From: an uncultured Methylomirabilota bacterium
GTDB taxonomy: Bacteria; Methylomirabilota; Methylomirabilia; Methylomirabilales; 2-02-FULL-66-22
Direction: 5' to 3'
Assembly: GCA_963705305.1 (NCBI GenBank)
Contig: OY970067.1
Coordinates: forward strand, 2,688,001 to 2,752,000
Length of the DNA: 64,000 nucleotides
Positions 41,292 through 51,783 of the stretch are shown one piece after another. Position 1 is the first letter of the stretch, and every line of letters starts with the position of its first letter. Under the pieces are notes generated by a model. That model saw only the letters and a program-made list of their open reading frames with translations. It was not told the DNA's origin and did not search any database. A program made the position numbers and the translations under genes.

Positions 41292-43730
41292 ATGGACGCT
41301 CACAGCTTGCGGGTCTTGGAATTTCCCGACATCCTGGCCCACCTGGCGGCGCAGGCGGGCTCGATCCTCGGGCGGCAGCGGGCCGAAGCCTTGCTGCCCG
41401 CGATCGATCCGGCGCTGGTGAACCAGCGCCTGGCCGAGACCCGGGAATGCCGCGACCTCCTGCGCCAGGGCTCCACCCCGGGGTTAGAGGAGGCGTCCGA
41501 CATTCGGGCGGCCGTGCAGCGCGCCACGGTCCCCGGGGTCCGTCTGGCGCCCCCGGAGCTTCTGGCCGTGGCGGGAACACTGGAGGCGGCGGATCGGCTG
41601 CGGCGGCACCTGCGATCGGGAGAAGCGACGCGGCCGCATCTGGCACGGCTGATCGCGGGTCTCCGGCCGCCGTCGGAGCTGGCGGCGGAGATTCGGCGGT
41701 GCGTCATGCCGGATGGCGTCCTGGCCGACGGCGCCAGCCCCGAGCTCTTCCGCCTGCGGGGCCAGGCGCGCCGGGCTCGGGAGGCCGCGCGGGAGGCCCT
41801 GCAGTCCATCCTCACGGCCTCTCGCTTCCAACCGATCATCGCGGAGCCGGTCATCACCCTGCGCAACGATCGGTATGTGATCCCCGTCACCTCCGCCTAT
41901 CGGGGCGTCCTGCCGGGGGTCGTGCAGGATCAGTCCGGGAGCGGGCACACGCTGTTCCTGGAGCCGCTCGCGGTGGTGGAGCTCAACAACGCCATCCGCC
42001 GTTTGGAGCGTGAGGCCGAGGCCGAGGCGGACCGCATACTGGAGGAGCTGACGGGCCGGGTGCGCGCCGCCGCCTCGGATGTGGCCGACACGGTGGAGGC
42101 GCTGGCGGACGCGGACCTGCTGCTGGCCAAGGCGCGCCTGGCAGAGCGATGGGACGCCGCCGAGCCGGAGGTGCGCGCCGGGGGCGTGCTGCGGTTGCGC
42201 CGAATCCGCCACCCGCTCCTGCTGGAGGCGCGGCGCGCGCGGCGCTTGGAGGCGGGGGCCGGCGAGGTGGTGCCGATCGACGTCGATCTGCCGCCGGCAG
42301 TCCGGGTGCTGGTCGTCACGGGGCCCAATACGGGCGGGAAGACCGTGGCCTTGAAGACCGTCGGGCTGGCGGCCCTGATGGCGCAGGCCGGCCTGCATCT
42401 GCCGGCATCGGGAGATTCGCAGCTCCCGCTGTTCAGCCGCGTCTTCGCGGACATCGGGGACGAGCAGAGCATTGCGGAGGATCTCAGCACCTTTTCCGCC
42501 CACGTGACACGGCTCCGCCTGATCCTGGACCAGGCCACCGGCCAGAGCCTGGTGCTCGTGGACGAGATCGGGGCGGGGACCGATCCCGGCGAGGGCGCGG
42601 CCCTGGGGGGCGCCATCCTGGAGGCGCTGGCGGGGCGCGGGTGCCATGTGCTGGCCACCACGCATCTCGATGGAATCAAGGCGTTTGTGGCCCAGGATGC
42701 ACGCATGGTGAACGGGAATGTCGAGTTCGACCTTGACAGGCTGCGTCCCGCGTATACATTACATATCGGGTCTCCTGGACGCAGCTTCGCTATCGATATC
42801 GCCTGCCGCCTTGGTATCCCTCCTATGATTGTCGAGCGGGCCCGGGAGCTTATGGGGGACTCCGGCGCCGGGATCGCAGCCCTGCTGGACCGGTTAGAGG
42901 CTCTCGACCGACAGCGGACGACCGATGCCGGCGAGGTCGCGCGCGAGCGGGAAGCGGCTGCGCGCGCCCGGCAGAGCGCGGAAGCCCGGGCGGAGGAGCT
43001 TCGCGCGCAGGCGGCGAGCATCCGGACGCGGGCCTCGCGCCTGGTGGAGGACATCGCCTCCGAGACCCGCCGGCAGGCGGAACGGATCGTGGCAGACCTC
43101 AGGCGCGGCGGGTCGATTCAAGAGGCGCGCCGGCAGATTCGTGACCTGGCCGAGATGTCCGAGGCCGCCGTGGCGGAGGTTGCGCAGGTTGCCCCGCCCC
43201 CCGAGACAGGGCCCGGCCTCCGGACCGTCGTGCCGGGTCAGCGGGTGCTGGTCCAGCACCTCGGGCAGGTCGGCACCGTCTTGTCAGAGCCGACGCCGCA
43301 GGGGCTCGTCGAGGTTCAATTGCCGCTCGGGAAGACGCGGGCGGATGTCCAATCGCTGCGGCCCGCCGCAGAGGAGGCCCCGAGGCCGCGGGGTGGTGTG
43401 ACCTGGACGGCGGGGGCCGGGGACAGCCTCACGGCCGAGATCAAGGTGATCGGCTGCACGGTGGAGGAGGCGACGGAGCGCGTGCGGCGGTATCTGGAGG
43501 ATGCGGTGCTGGGCGGACTCCAGCGCGTGCGCATCGTCCACGGCAAAGGAACGGGACGGCTGCGGCGGGGCCTGGCGGAGGCGCTGAAGAATCATCCGCT
43601 GGTGGCGAGTTTCCATCTGGCCGCCTTCGACGAGGGGGGCGCCGGGGCCACCGTCGTCGAGCTGGGACCGCGCGAGTCGGCGAGTGAAGGGGCGGAGGGA
43701 CCGGTGCCTGGCCGGCCGGGGGCGGCGTGA
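41292..43730 (+). CDS. mutS2: Endonuclease MutS2
   Basis: TGPNTGGKT, DIGDEQSI...LSTFS, DEIGAGTDP, C-terminal Smr domain (HGKGTGRL). Confidence 0.95.
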   Translation: MDAHSLRVLEFPDILAHLAAQAGSILGRQRAEALLPAIDPALVNQRLAETRECRDLLRQGSTPGLEEASDIRAAVQRATVPGVRLAPPELLAVAGTLEAADRLRRHLRSGEATRPHLARLIAGLRPPSELAAEIRRCVMPDGVLADGASPELFRLRGQARRAREAAREALQSILTASRFQPIIAEPVITLRNDRYVIPVTSAYRGVLPGVVQDQSGSGHTLFLEPLAVVELNNAIRRLEREAEAEADRILEELTGRVRAAASDVADTVEALADADLLLAKARLAERWDAAEPEVRAGGVLRLRRIRHPLLLEARRARRLEAGAGEVVPIDVDLPPAVRVLVVTGPNTGGKTVALKTVGLAALMAQAGLHLPASGDSQLPLFSRVFADIGDEQSIAEDLSTFSAHVTRLRLILDQATGQSLVLVDEIGAGTDPGEGAALGGAILEALAGRGCHVLATTHLDGIKAFVAQDARMVNGNVEFDLDRLRPAYTLHIGSPGRSFAIDIACRLGIPPMIVERARELMGDSGAGIAALLDRLEALDRQRTTDAGEVAREREAAARARQSAEARAEELRAQAASIRTRASRLVEDIASETRRQAERIVADLRRGGSIQEARRQIRDLAEMSEAAVAEVAQVAPPPETGPGLRTVVPGQRVLVQHLGQVGTVLSEPTPQGLVEVQLPLGKTRADVQSLRPAAEEAPRPRGGVTWTAGAGDSLTAEIKVIGCTVEEATERVRRYLEDAVLGGLQRVRIVHGKGTGRLRRGLAEALKNHPLVASFHLAAFDEGGAGATVVELGPRESASEGAEGPVPGRPGAA

Positions 43731-45547
43731 TACCTGAAGACGTCATCGCCGAGATCTTGCGGCGAACCGATATCGTGGAGCTGATCGGCCAGTACGTTCC
43801 GCTGCGGGCGGCGGGGCGCACCCACAAGGCCCTCTGCCCGTTTCACAAGGAGAAAACCCCGTCCTTCGTCGTGAATCCCGACCGGCAGATCTTTCATTGC
43901 TTCGGCTGCGGCGAGGGGGGGGACGCCATCACGTTTCTGGTGAAGCACGAGGGGCTGAGCTTCCCGGAAGCGGCGAGGCTGCTGGCCGAGCGAGCGGGGG
44001 TGCCCATCCCGGCCCGCCATCGGCGCGAGGAGGGGGAGGGACAGCGCGACGGGCGCCTGGCGCTCTTGGAGGTGCACCGACAGGCGCTGGAACACTTCCG
44101 CGAAAACCTGCGCGGACCGGAGGGGACCGGCGCGCGCGAGTACCTGGCAGGCCGGGGACTCACGGCGGAGCTGACGGACCGATTTCAGCTGGGGTACGCT
44201 TTGCCCCGATGGGACGGCCTGCTGCGGGCATTGAAGAAGCAGGGACATCCGGACCAGCTCCTGCAGGCCGCCGGCCTGATCGTTCCGCGGCAGAGCGGCT
44301 CCGGCTCGTACGATCGCTTCCGGCATCGCCTCATGATCCCCATCTGGGACGCGGGGGGGAAGGCGATCGCGTTCGGCGGCCGCGCCCTGGACGCGCAGGA
44401 AGTGAAGTACCTGAACTCGCCCGAGACCGCGCTGTTTCACAAGGGAGCCCACCTGTACGGGCTCAATCTGGCCGGCCGGGCGATTCGAGAGCGGGGGCAG
44501 GCCGTGGTGGTGGAAGGATACTTCGACGCCATCACGCTGCATGTCTACGGGTTCGAGCACGCCGTCGCCACGCTGGGTACGGCCCTGACGGTGGATCAGG
44601 CCCACCTCTTGGCGCGCTACGCCCCCAGCATCGTGCTGCTCTACGATCCGGATGCGGCGGGGGTGGGGGCCGCGCGGCGCAACCTGGAGCAGCTCATCAA
44701 CGTGGACCTGGAGTGGCATGCCGTCCTCCTGTCCGGCGGGCTCGATCCCGACGCCTTTCTTCGAAAGCATGGCCCGGAAGCCTTTGCCGCCACCCTCGCC
44801 GGCGGGCAGGACCTGGTGGACTTCTTCCTGGATTCCCGGGTCTCGGGACTGGACATGCAGGATGCGCATCAGCGTGCGCGGGCCGTGGATGGACTGATCG
44901 AGGTCCTCAGCGGGATCGACAATCCCATCCGCCGCGAGGGGTACGTGCAGCGCGTCGCGCAGCGGAGCGGCCTCGCGGACCGTACGCTGCTGGAAGCGGT
45001 GGCCCGGCATCGCGCACGGCGGGGGAGCCGAGACACCGTCGCCGCTGCCGTCCCGGCGCCCGCGGCCGGTCCGCCGAGCGCCGAAGAGCAGGTAATCGCC
45101 ATCGGACTCAACTGCCCCGCGTGGCGCGAGCGCATCGCCGCAGCCATCGAGCCGGACGACATCGAGGACCCCGCCTTGCGCCGCATTTTCAGCGAGTTCG
45201 TCCGGCAGGCCCCGGATGACCTGCCGGCCGGCTCCGGCCGGAAGCCGCGGCCGGTGAGCGCGCTGCCGCCGGAGCTCCAGCGGCGCCTGTCGGCCCTCTT
45301 GGCGAAGGCGCCATGGTCGGAGGCGGCGGAGGAGGCCGAGGCCGACCCGTGGCAGGCAGCGGATAACGCTAGACTGGATCGAACCGTCGAGGACTGCCTG
45401 GCCCGCATCCGGCAGCAGCGGGCCCGTGCGGAGCGAGAGGTCCTACGCCGGGCCCTGGATGCCGCCGATCGAGGCGGAGATCGAGAGCAAGTCCTCCGCC
45501 TGCTGGCTCAACACCCCTCGGTGGGGAGCAGCAAGCCAGATGACTGA
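43727..45547 (+). CDS. dnaG: DNA primase
   Basis: CPFH...CFGC zinc finger, FGGR, KYLNSPET, VEGYFD TOPRIM. Confidence 0.97.
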   Translation: MIPEDVIAEILRRTDIVELIGQYVPLRAAGRTHKALCPFHKEKTPSFVVNPDRQIFHCFGCGEGGDAITFLVKHEGLSFPEAARLLAERAGVPIPARHRREEGEGQRDGRLALLEVHRQALEHFRENLRGPEGTGAREYLAGRGLTAELTDRFQLGYALPRWDGLLRALKKQGHPDQLLQAAGLIVPRQSGSGSYDRFRHRLMIPIWDAGGKAIAFGGRALDAQEVKYLNSPETALFHKGAHLYGLNLAGRAIRERGQAVVVEGYFDAITLHVYGFEHAVATLGTALTVDQAHLLARYAPSIVLLYDPDAAGVGAARRNLEQLINVDLEWHAVLLSGGLDPDAFLRKHGPEAFAATLAGGQDLVDFFLDSRVSGLDMQDAHQRARAVDGLIEVLSGIDNPIRREGYVQRVAQRSGLADRTLLEAVARHRARRGSRDTVAAAVPAPAAGPPSAEEQVIAIGLNCPAWRERIAAAIEPDDIEDPALRRIFSEFVRQAPDDLPAGSGRKPRPVSALPPELQRRLSALLAKAPWSEAAEEAEADPWQAADNARLDRTVEDCLARIRQQRARAEREVLRRALDAADRGGDREQVLRLLAQHPSVGSSKPDD

Positions 45548-45677
45548 GTCCGTCGATTCACCCATGCGACGGCGAATGTATCCACGCAGAACTCAGCGCT
45601 GGGTGAGCTGACGAGGGACCCGGCGGGAGAAGTCCGCGGTCGTATTTGCGAGTGGCAGCACGGAGAAAGGGGACCGC

Positions 45678-47694
45678 ATGGCCAAGTCGAAACCAGTCAA
45701 GAAGCCGAATGCCAGCCGTGGAGCATCGAAGCCGAAGGGGGAACGCCGCCCGCCGGTCTCGACGCGGTCGAGGAGGCCAGGGGCCTCTGGTGGCGCACGG
45801 GCGCAGGGAGTGAAGCGTGCCGCGCCGCCGCGGAAGCCGTCCCGACGGCCGGACAAGGCAAAGGCAGCCGCCAAGGCCGCAAAGGGTGCCGGCACCGAGA
45901 AGCGGCCGGGTGTGGCCGGACGCACGGACGTAGCGATGCCGCCGCGGGTGGAGGAGATCAAGGCGCTGATCTCGCTGGGAAAGAAGAAAGGGTACCTGAC
46001 CTACGACGAGATCATGAGCCAGCTTCCCGAGGACGAGAACTCGGCCGAGCGGTTCGATGAGATCTTCCGGACGCTGGGGGAGATGGACATCGAGGTCCTG
46101 GACGCCCCCGAGCGTCCCAAGGCAGGCGACGGGGAGGAAGCCTCGGACGAGGAGGCCTCCCAGGATGTCGAGCTGGATCTCTCTCCTGCGCCCGTGGGTC
46201 GCACCGACGATCCGGTGCGGATGTACCTTCGGGAAATGGGCCGCACCCCGCTGCTCACCCGGGAAGGGGAGATCCGGATTGCCAAGCGGATCGAGGAAGG
46301 GCGCAAGGAGGTCGGGGAGTCTGTCTGCCGCGCCGGGGTGGCCGTGCGGGAGGTTCTGTATCTCGGGGAGCGGCTGGAACAGGGGCGCCTGCGGATATCC
46401 GATCTGCTGGCCATGAACGAATTTGAGGAGCTGTCGGAGCAGAAAGAGCAGGAGCTGTTGGAGGAGGTCCGGCCGGTGATCCGGGCGCTCCGCCGGGAGC
46501 AGGAGAAACTGGACGATCTCTCCCGCCGGCTGGAGAAGGCGGGCCCCCGCCTGAGCGATCGGGCACGCCGGCGGTTCGAGACGGAACGAAATCAGCGGGG
46601 CGAAAAGCAGGCCGAGATCCTTCGCAAGCTCAACCTGAATCAGCGGGTGGTCGACCGCGTCGTGACTCGGATGCGGCGCTTCCTGGAGCGGATCGAGACC
46701 AGCGAACGGGATCTCGTAGATCTGGGGAAGTCAGCCCGGCTCAGCCAGACCGACCTCCGCCACCTGGGGGGCGGAGACGGGCTCAGCCCGGCAACGCTCC
46801 GCGGCATTCTGCGCCGGGTCCGATCGGGCAAGCGCGATGGGGACGTCATCCGGCAGCAGATCACCGGTCTAGTGGAGAAGATTGCCAAGGTGGAGCAGGA
46901 GGCGGATGCCTCCGCCGAAGAGCTGCGGTCGCTTCTCACGGCCATCACCGGGGGAGAGCGAAAGGCCTTGCAGGCCAAGAAGGAGATGGTGGAGGCGAAC
47001 CTCCGGCTGGTCATCAGCATCGCCAAGAAGTACACCAACCGCGGGCTGCAGTTCCTGGACCTGATCCAGGAGGGGAACATCGGGCTCATGCGGGCGGTGG
47101 ACAAGTTTGAATACCAGCGGGGGTACAAGTTCAGCACCTACGCCACCTGGTGGATCCGGCAGGCCATCACCCGCGCCATCGCGGACCAGGCGCGGACCAT
47201 CCGGATCCCCGTGCACATGATCGAAACGATCAACAAGCTCATCCGGGCTTCCCGCCATCTGGTCCAGGAGTACGGGCGCGAGCCGACCCCCGAGGAGATC
47301 GCGCAGAAGATCGACCTGCCGGTGGATAAGGTGCGCAAGGTCCTGAAGATCGCCCAGGAGCCCATCTCGCTGGAGACGCCCATCGGCGAGGAGGAGGATT
47401 CCCATCTGGGGGATTTCATCGAGGACAAGGCGGCCGTGTCGCCGCTGGATTCGGTGATCACCACCAACCTCTCGAATCAAACCGAGGAGGTCCTCAAGAC
47501 GCTCACGCCGCGGGAGGAGCGGGTCCTACGGCTGCGCTTCGGAATCGGCGACGGCTGCGACCACACGCTGGAGGAGGTCGGCCAGCAGTTCGAACGTCAC
47601 CCGTGAGCGCATCCGGCAGATCGAGGCCAAGGCCCTGCGCAAGCTGCGCCATCCGACGCGTAGCAAGAAGCTGAAGAGCTTCGTGGAGGGCTAG
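45678..47694 (+). CDS. rpoD: RNA polymerase primary sigma factor (apparent +1 frameshift near 47593)
   Basis: [36 protein letters not shown]; shifted frame continues [20 protein letters not shown] to TAG at 47694. Confidence 0.95.
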
Positions 47695-47796
47695 CCGGCT
47701 CCGCCCGGGCCCAGAGTCAGTGGGTGAGAGCCGTCCCGCCCGAGGCGGGAAGGGGCGGAGGTTCGAAGAGACAAAAGGGTTCGGCGTACGAGCCTG

Positions 47797-47873
47797 GGGC
47801 CCATAGCTCAGCTGGTTAGAGCCGCCGGCTCATAACCGGTAGGTCGGAGGTTCGAGTCCTCCTGGGCCCACCA
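47797..47873 (+). tRNA. tRNA with CAT anticodon, most likely tRNA-Ile2 (lysidine type)
   Basis: GGGCCCA/TGGGCCC acceptor, GCCGG-CTCATAA-CCGGT anticodon arm, encoded CCA; lacks initiator features; position after rpoD as for ileX. Confidence 0.9.
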
Positions 47874-47888
47874 CAATTGAAACACGAA

Positions 47889-47924
47889 GAAAGCCCGCGT
47901 AGCGCGAAGTTATGCGGGCTTTTC
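47889..47924 (+). terminator. Hairpin/terminator after tRNA
   Basis: GAAAGCCCGCGTAGC / GTTATGCGGGCTTTTC. Confidence 0.7.
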
Positions 47925-47978
47925 ATTGCTCGGATGACGCCATGGGACGCAATGGAAAACGGGCTTGTATCACCCCGC

Positions 47979-48011
47979 ACAGCAACTACAAGAGCCACCA
48001 CAACAGCCACC
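47979..48011. repeat. Three imperfect tandem 12-bp direct repeats
   Basis: ACAGCAACTACA AGAGCCACCACA ACAGCCACC. Confidence 0.6.
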
Positions 48012-48768
48012 GGCCCGTATCGCCCGAACATCCGCGGACCACGGGCCGTTTTCTCTTCGAGGCACAAGGGAGCACCAGAACAACTAAAGACCACCTCACT
48101 CTTTTTCCGCCCCCAGGAATTTTCGGCCAAGATTCGGGCGATCCCCCCGAACGATTAGGGGGGTCGGTAGCCAGGGGAGACCGTGGAATATTTCCCAGCT
48201 GAAGGCGGACCTGCACAGGAAAAACAGAGCATTCTGAGCCGGGCACGGACGGGGGATAACCCGACCAGCAAGGGCGGGAAGGAGTCGACATGAACGGAGA
48301 TCCGGAGCCCCTCGGTTCTCAGCGGGCGCACCGGGCCTTCGGGGCGGCCGGCCTCCTCGCGGGGGCCGACCCTCAGGGACCTGCTTGCACAGGTCTGTGC
48401 GGCGTTCGAGCTCACCCCGGCCAGCTCGCCGGCGGGGGGCGCGGCGGGCCGGTGGCGCCGGCTTCTCGTCGCGATCCAGGAGTCATAAGATGCAACGTCC
48501 CCAAATACAAGTAGCGAAGGGGCCTGGCGCGACTCACGCGCGTGCGCTATGTTATGCGCGGGGCGCCACCAGACATGCGGTCGACGGTGAGTCGGGTGGA
48601 CTGGCTGATGGGAGATAGGTGAGGGACGGCCTGTTACGTCGTATCCCGCGCGCGCCTTTGCGGTCCTCGGAAATGCTGACGGCGACTCCAGCGATGGCGG
48701 TTGATGCAGTGGGTCGAGTATGGGGGATAGCGGGTGTGGCCCCTTGATCCCCTTGGAAAGAGAGCAGC

Positions 48769-48978
48769 ATGTGGACCGTAGGGATCGTAGCCGGCGGAAG
48801 GAAATTCGATGCAGGGCTCTCCTGGTGTGTTATCGAGCACTTCGGCCTCCCAGGTGAGGAGGTCGTAACGAAGGTCATAGCGTTCACCGAGCAACGGCCG
48901 GATGCGGAACGCATCGCCGCGGCGCTCAATGAGATCGGCGAGGGACATCAGAAACCACCCGCGCCTGAGACCAATTGA
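48769..48978 (+). CDS. Hypothetical protein
   Basis: 69-aa ORF with protein-like composition and purine-rich RBS. Confidence 0.5.
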   Translation: MWTVGIVAGGRKFDAGLSWCVIEHFGLPGEEVVTKVIAFTEQRPDAERIAAALNEIGEGHQKPPAPETN

Positions 48979-49163
48979 GCCAGGGCCGGCTTTCTGGTAG
49001 AATCGGCCCGGACACGGCGGGGGATATATAGAATACGCAACCGGGAGGCCTTCGCCCCCCGATCTCCGAGGCCCTGAGTTCGGCTGCCCGCCGCGCTTCC
49101 GGGGCCTTGCTGTTTCTGTGGGCAGCGCCCTCGTCGTCTTGATGGAGCAACACGGAGGGTGAT

Positions 49164-49562
49164 ATGTGCAGACGAGCGGTGCGGTTCGCCATCCTGGTCC
49201 TGCTCCTACCGTCAGCGGTCTCGGCGGGCGAGGTCGGGTGGTACTTGATGCTGCCGCCTGTAGCACCCGCCAAAAGCGTGCTGCTCCCGCCCTCGGTCGA
49301 GACACACGCGCCGCTCGGTGAGTGGCGGCAGGACCGGGGGTTTTCCTCGATGGTGGCGTGTCAGATGTACCGCGACGTAGTGTTCAAAGTGAAGAGGAAT
49401 TTGGCGGACTACTGGCTGAAGAACGAGCCCACCGATCACACGAAGGCGGATGAGTTGAACCTCTGGAGGGGCAAAGTGCATGATGCGCAGGTCGCCATGG
49501 TGGCCTATGCGAGCGGCCTCTGCATCGCCAGCGACGATCCGCGGCTGGCGCCGCCGCGTTGA
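49164..49562 (+). CDS. Hypothetical secreted protein
   Basis: GGAGG RBS, signal peptide, WYLMLPP...W...C...CIASDDPRL. Confidence 0.7.
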   Translation: MCRRAVRFAILVLLLPSAVSAGEVGWYLMLPPVAPAKSVLLPPSVETHAPLGEWRQDRGFSSMVACQMYRDVVFKVKRNLADYWLKNEPTDHTKADELNLWRGKVHDAQVAMVAYASGLCIASDDPRLAPPR

Positions 49563-49886
49563 CCCTTCCCCGGCCTACCGTTCGCTACGGAAGACGAAGA
49601 GGAGATCTGAAAGACGGGAAGAAAGACGGGACGTTGCGTCCTATGGCTCCTCATGCCCCCCCCGCCCCATTCCCCGCCAAGCGCGCCTCGACGCCCCCCG
49701 GACCCTCCACGGGGGCACACACCGTTTGACCCGACGCCCCAAGCCAACGTGCAGAAGTTCCGGCTAGAAGCCCAACCGCTACTCCCGATGTTCGTCCACG
49801 GGGGAAAGCTCCAGCGTCTGGGGACAACCTTCCAGCTTGCAGTAAATCACCCACGGGTCAGACCCAGTTACTCCCAGGGTGTCCTA

Positions 49887-50036
49887 CCCTGTGGTGGCCA
49901 ACTGATGTAGCCGATCCTCCCATTCCGCCCCCAGCCCCTTGGCGGCATCCTCAATCTCTATGCGGGCGCGAGCGCGCTCCAGGATCCCCTCAAGCTCTTT
50001 TTCGGCTGACCGGGCGATGTGCAGCGTCCAGGGCAT
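49887..50036 (-). pseudogene. Truncated RelE/ParE-like toxin
   Basis: MPWTLHIARSAEKELEGILERARARI overlaps the antitoxin end, then loses similarity and stops. Confidence 0.55.
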
Positions 50037-50271
50037 GGAGGAGCCGGTCCAGGGTTACGAATTGACCATGGGCGTGTTCGCGGCGTGCGCGCCGAAGCGC
50101 CCGGAAATTCTCCACGGAGGGCGTGACAGCAGGGAAGCGGGTTTCAATATACGTGCGAAGCGCCTCGCGGACCAATTCGGAGCGCGTGCGGTGCTCCGCC
50201 TTGCGGACCTACTCAACCTGCTCCATCATCTCGGCCGGGAGTGAAACGTTCATTGTCCGTCGTGAGCGCAT
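49990..50271 (-). pseudogene. Ribbon-helix-helix (CopG-like) antitoxin with internal amber codon
   Basis: MRSRRTMNVSLPAEMMEQVE*VRKAEHRTRSELVREALRTY; TAG at 50209-50211. Confidence 0.75.
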
Positions 50272-50600
50272 TGGCCTTCCCCTGTATGACCTGGTATGAC
50301 CAAATGTTACCGGAGGTTCTGGGAACCCGTCAAAGGCGAACGCGCCACACGAACCCTTCCGTGCCCTGTCGAGCACTGACCAGAATGCGGGGGTGAACTG
50401 GGCTGCTACATTCCAGTGAGCAACCCGCTTGACAGGCGCCGGTGTCCGCCGTAGCCTGCAGGAAAAGTCCGGCTGCTCTCGACCGATCGTGCCGGACCAA
50501 GGTCCCGCCCCTTCCGAAAGAAATCTCTCTGCTCCGCAAGAGGCGTTGCATCTCTTCCGGAGCGCCCCCGTCTCGTGAAACCGCACACCGGGAGGTCTGT

Positions 50601-50966
50601 ATGTGCGAGTACTGCGTTCAGGCGATGTCGCAGGTCCTCCCCCTCGGAAAGGAGGAGGAAGGCATCTGCGAGGAATGCGGAGGACCGGCAACCTGGGTCT
50701 CCGTCACAAAATCGGTATGCTTCCACCTGTGTGAGGAGCATACGAAGACCCAGCGGGATGCCTGGACCGGCGGCGACGAGGGATACTTCCAAAGCACGGG
50801 GCTGAACCTGACGACGGACTTTCTGCCCATCACGGCGAAGGAGACTTGCGGGTTCCGTCTCCAGCCGGCCCCTTCGAACCCGAATCCCGTGTGCGGCCAA
50901 AAGGCCACCCACGTGGAGATCGACACCGACAGGCACTTCTACTGCGAGGCCCACAGGCCGGCGTGA
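50601..50966 (+). CDS. Cys/His-rich putative zinc-binding protein
   Basis: GGAGG RBS; CEYC, CEECGGPAT...LCEEH, CGQKAT...YCEAH. Confidence 0.7.
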   Translation: MCEYCVQAMSQVLPLGKEEEGICEECGGPATWVSVTKSVCFHLCEEHTKTQRDAWTGGDEGYFQSTGLNLTTDFLPITAKETCGFRLQPAPSNPNPVCGQKATHVEIDTDRHFYCEAHRPA

Positions 50967-51275
50967 GGGCGACTCCAGAGCCGCGTCTGTGGAAGCGCCC
51001 GCCTGGCCGCTCATGGCAGGTGGCCGGCTCCCCGGGGCCGGTGAGCGGATCGCTGGCTCGCGGGGACGCGCTCAAGCCCCTTGCCGATGCTCCGCTCTTC
51101 CGCTCTCCTGCTGGACAGGTCCATGCCTGCACCGCACGGCAGTCCCGTCCCCCAACACGGGAGGAGGGTGCGTCGAAAGCGGACGAGGGTGCACCGGTCT
51201 TCCATCCGGCGCACCCTCGCTGTCAGGGTCTTCCCGCCCTTGCCAGGCGCAAGGAACGGGGCATGGGTGGGAGGA

Positions 51276-51461
51276 CTAGAGCGGTTCCGGGGCGCAGAGG
51301 TTGTCGCCGCTGGCAGCGGCCCTGCCGCACTCCTTGCAGATGAACTTGGGATTCTTGACCAACGGTCGCAGCACTTTCAAATCGGTTCGGCACTCGCAGC
51401 AGGCCAGGGCGCAGAGCTTATTTTCATGCCACTCTTTTCCGCCGTGCGTATGATCGGCCAT
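51276..51461 (-). CDS. Small Cys-rich protein
   Basis: AAAGGGAGG RBS; HENKLC...CCEC...PKFICKECGRAA...NLCAP. Confidence 0.75.
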   Translation of the reverse strand: MADHTHGGKEWHENKLCALACCECRTDLKVLRPLVKNPKFICKECGRAAASGDNLCAPEPL

Positions 51462-51783
51462 GGCTCGCCTCCCTTTCGTGATGTGAAGGGTTGGGAACGG
51501 GATGAGAGTCGGCCCCGGCGGGCCGGCCCAGGCTCGGCATGCACCGAATGATGACGCGTTTGCTTCTCACCCGTCAAGGGGATTCGGAAGAGCGTCAACG
51601 CATCCGCGGGGGCGGAGGGCGGGGCCCTGTCGCGTACAAGAGCCTCCGCCCTCCGATGGTCGGCGTCTGCGCCGGGCGGGGTGACGCGTCGTGGCCGTGC
51701 GGTCGGGACCGTGGTACGCTCTGGCCCGCCGGTGCAGGCTGCTCACTCCGGGCTCCGGGAGGCATTCGGGGCCGGAGCGGCCG

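Noticed and set aside
45678..45935. Lys/Arg/Ala-rich N-terminal extension of RpoD as a novel domain
   Set aside because: Low-complexity basic extensions are common on primary sigma factors, and the true start may be ATG 45936.
47797..47873. Initiator or elongator tRNA-Met
   Set aside because: Paired G1-C72 and no GGG/CCC anticodon stem exclude the initiator; acceptor stem and position after rpoD favour Ile2, though elongator Met is not fully excluded.
50209..50211. Pyrrolysine/amber recoding in the antitoxin
   Set aside because: No pyl genes in the window and the partner toxin is truncated; simple nonsense mutation is more parsimonious.
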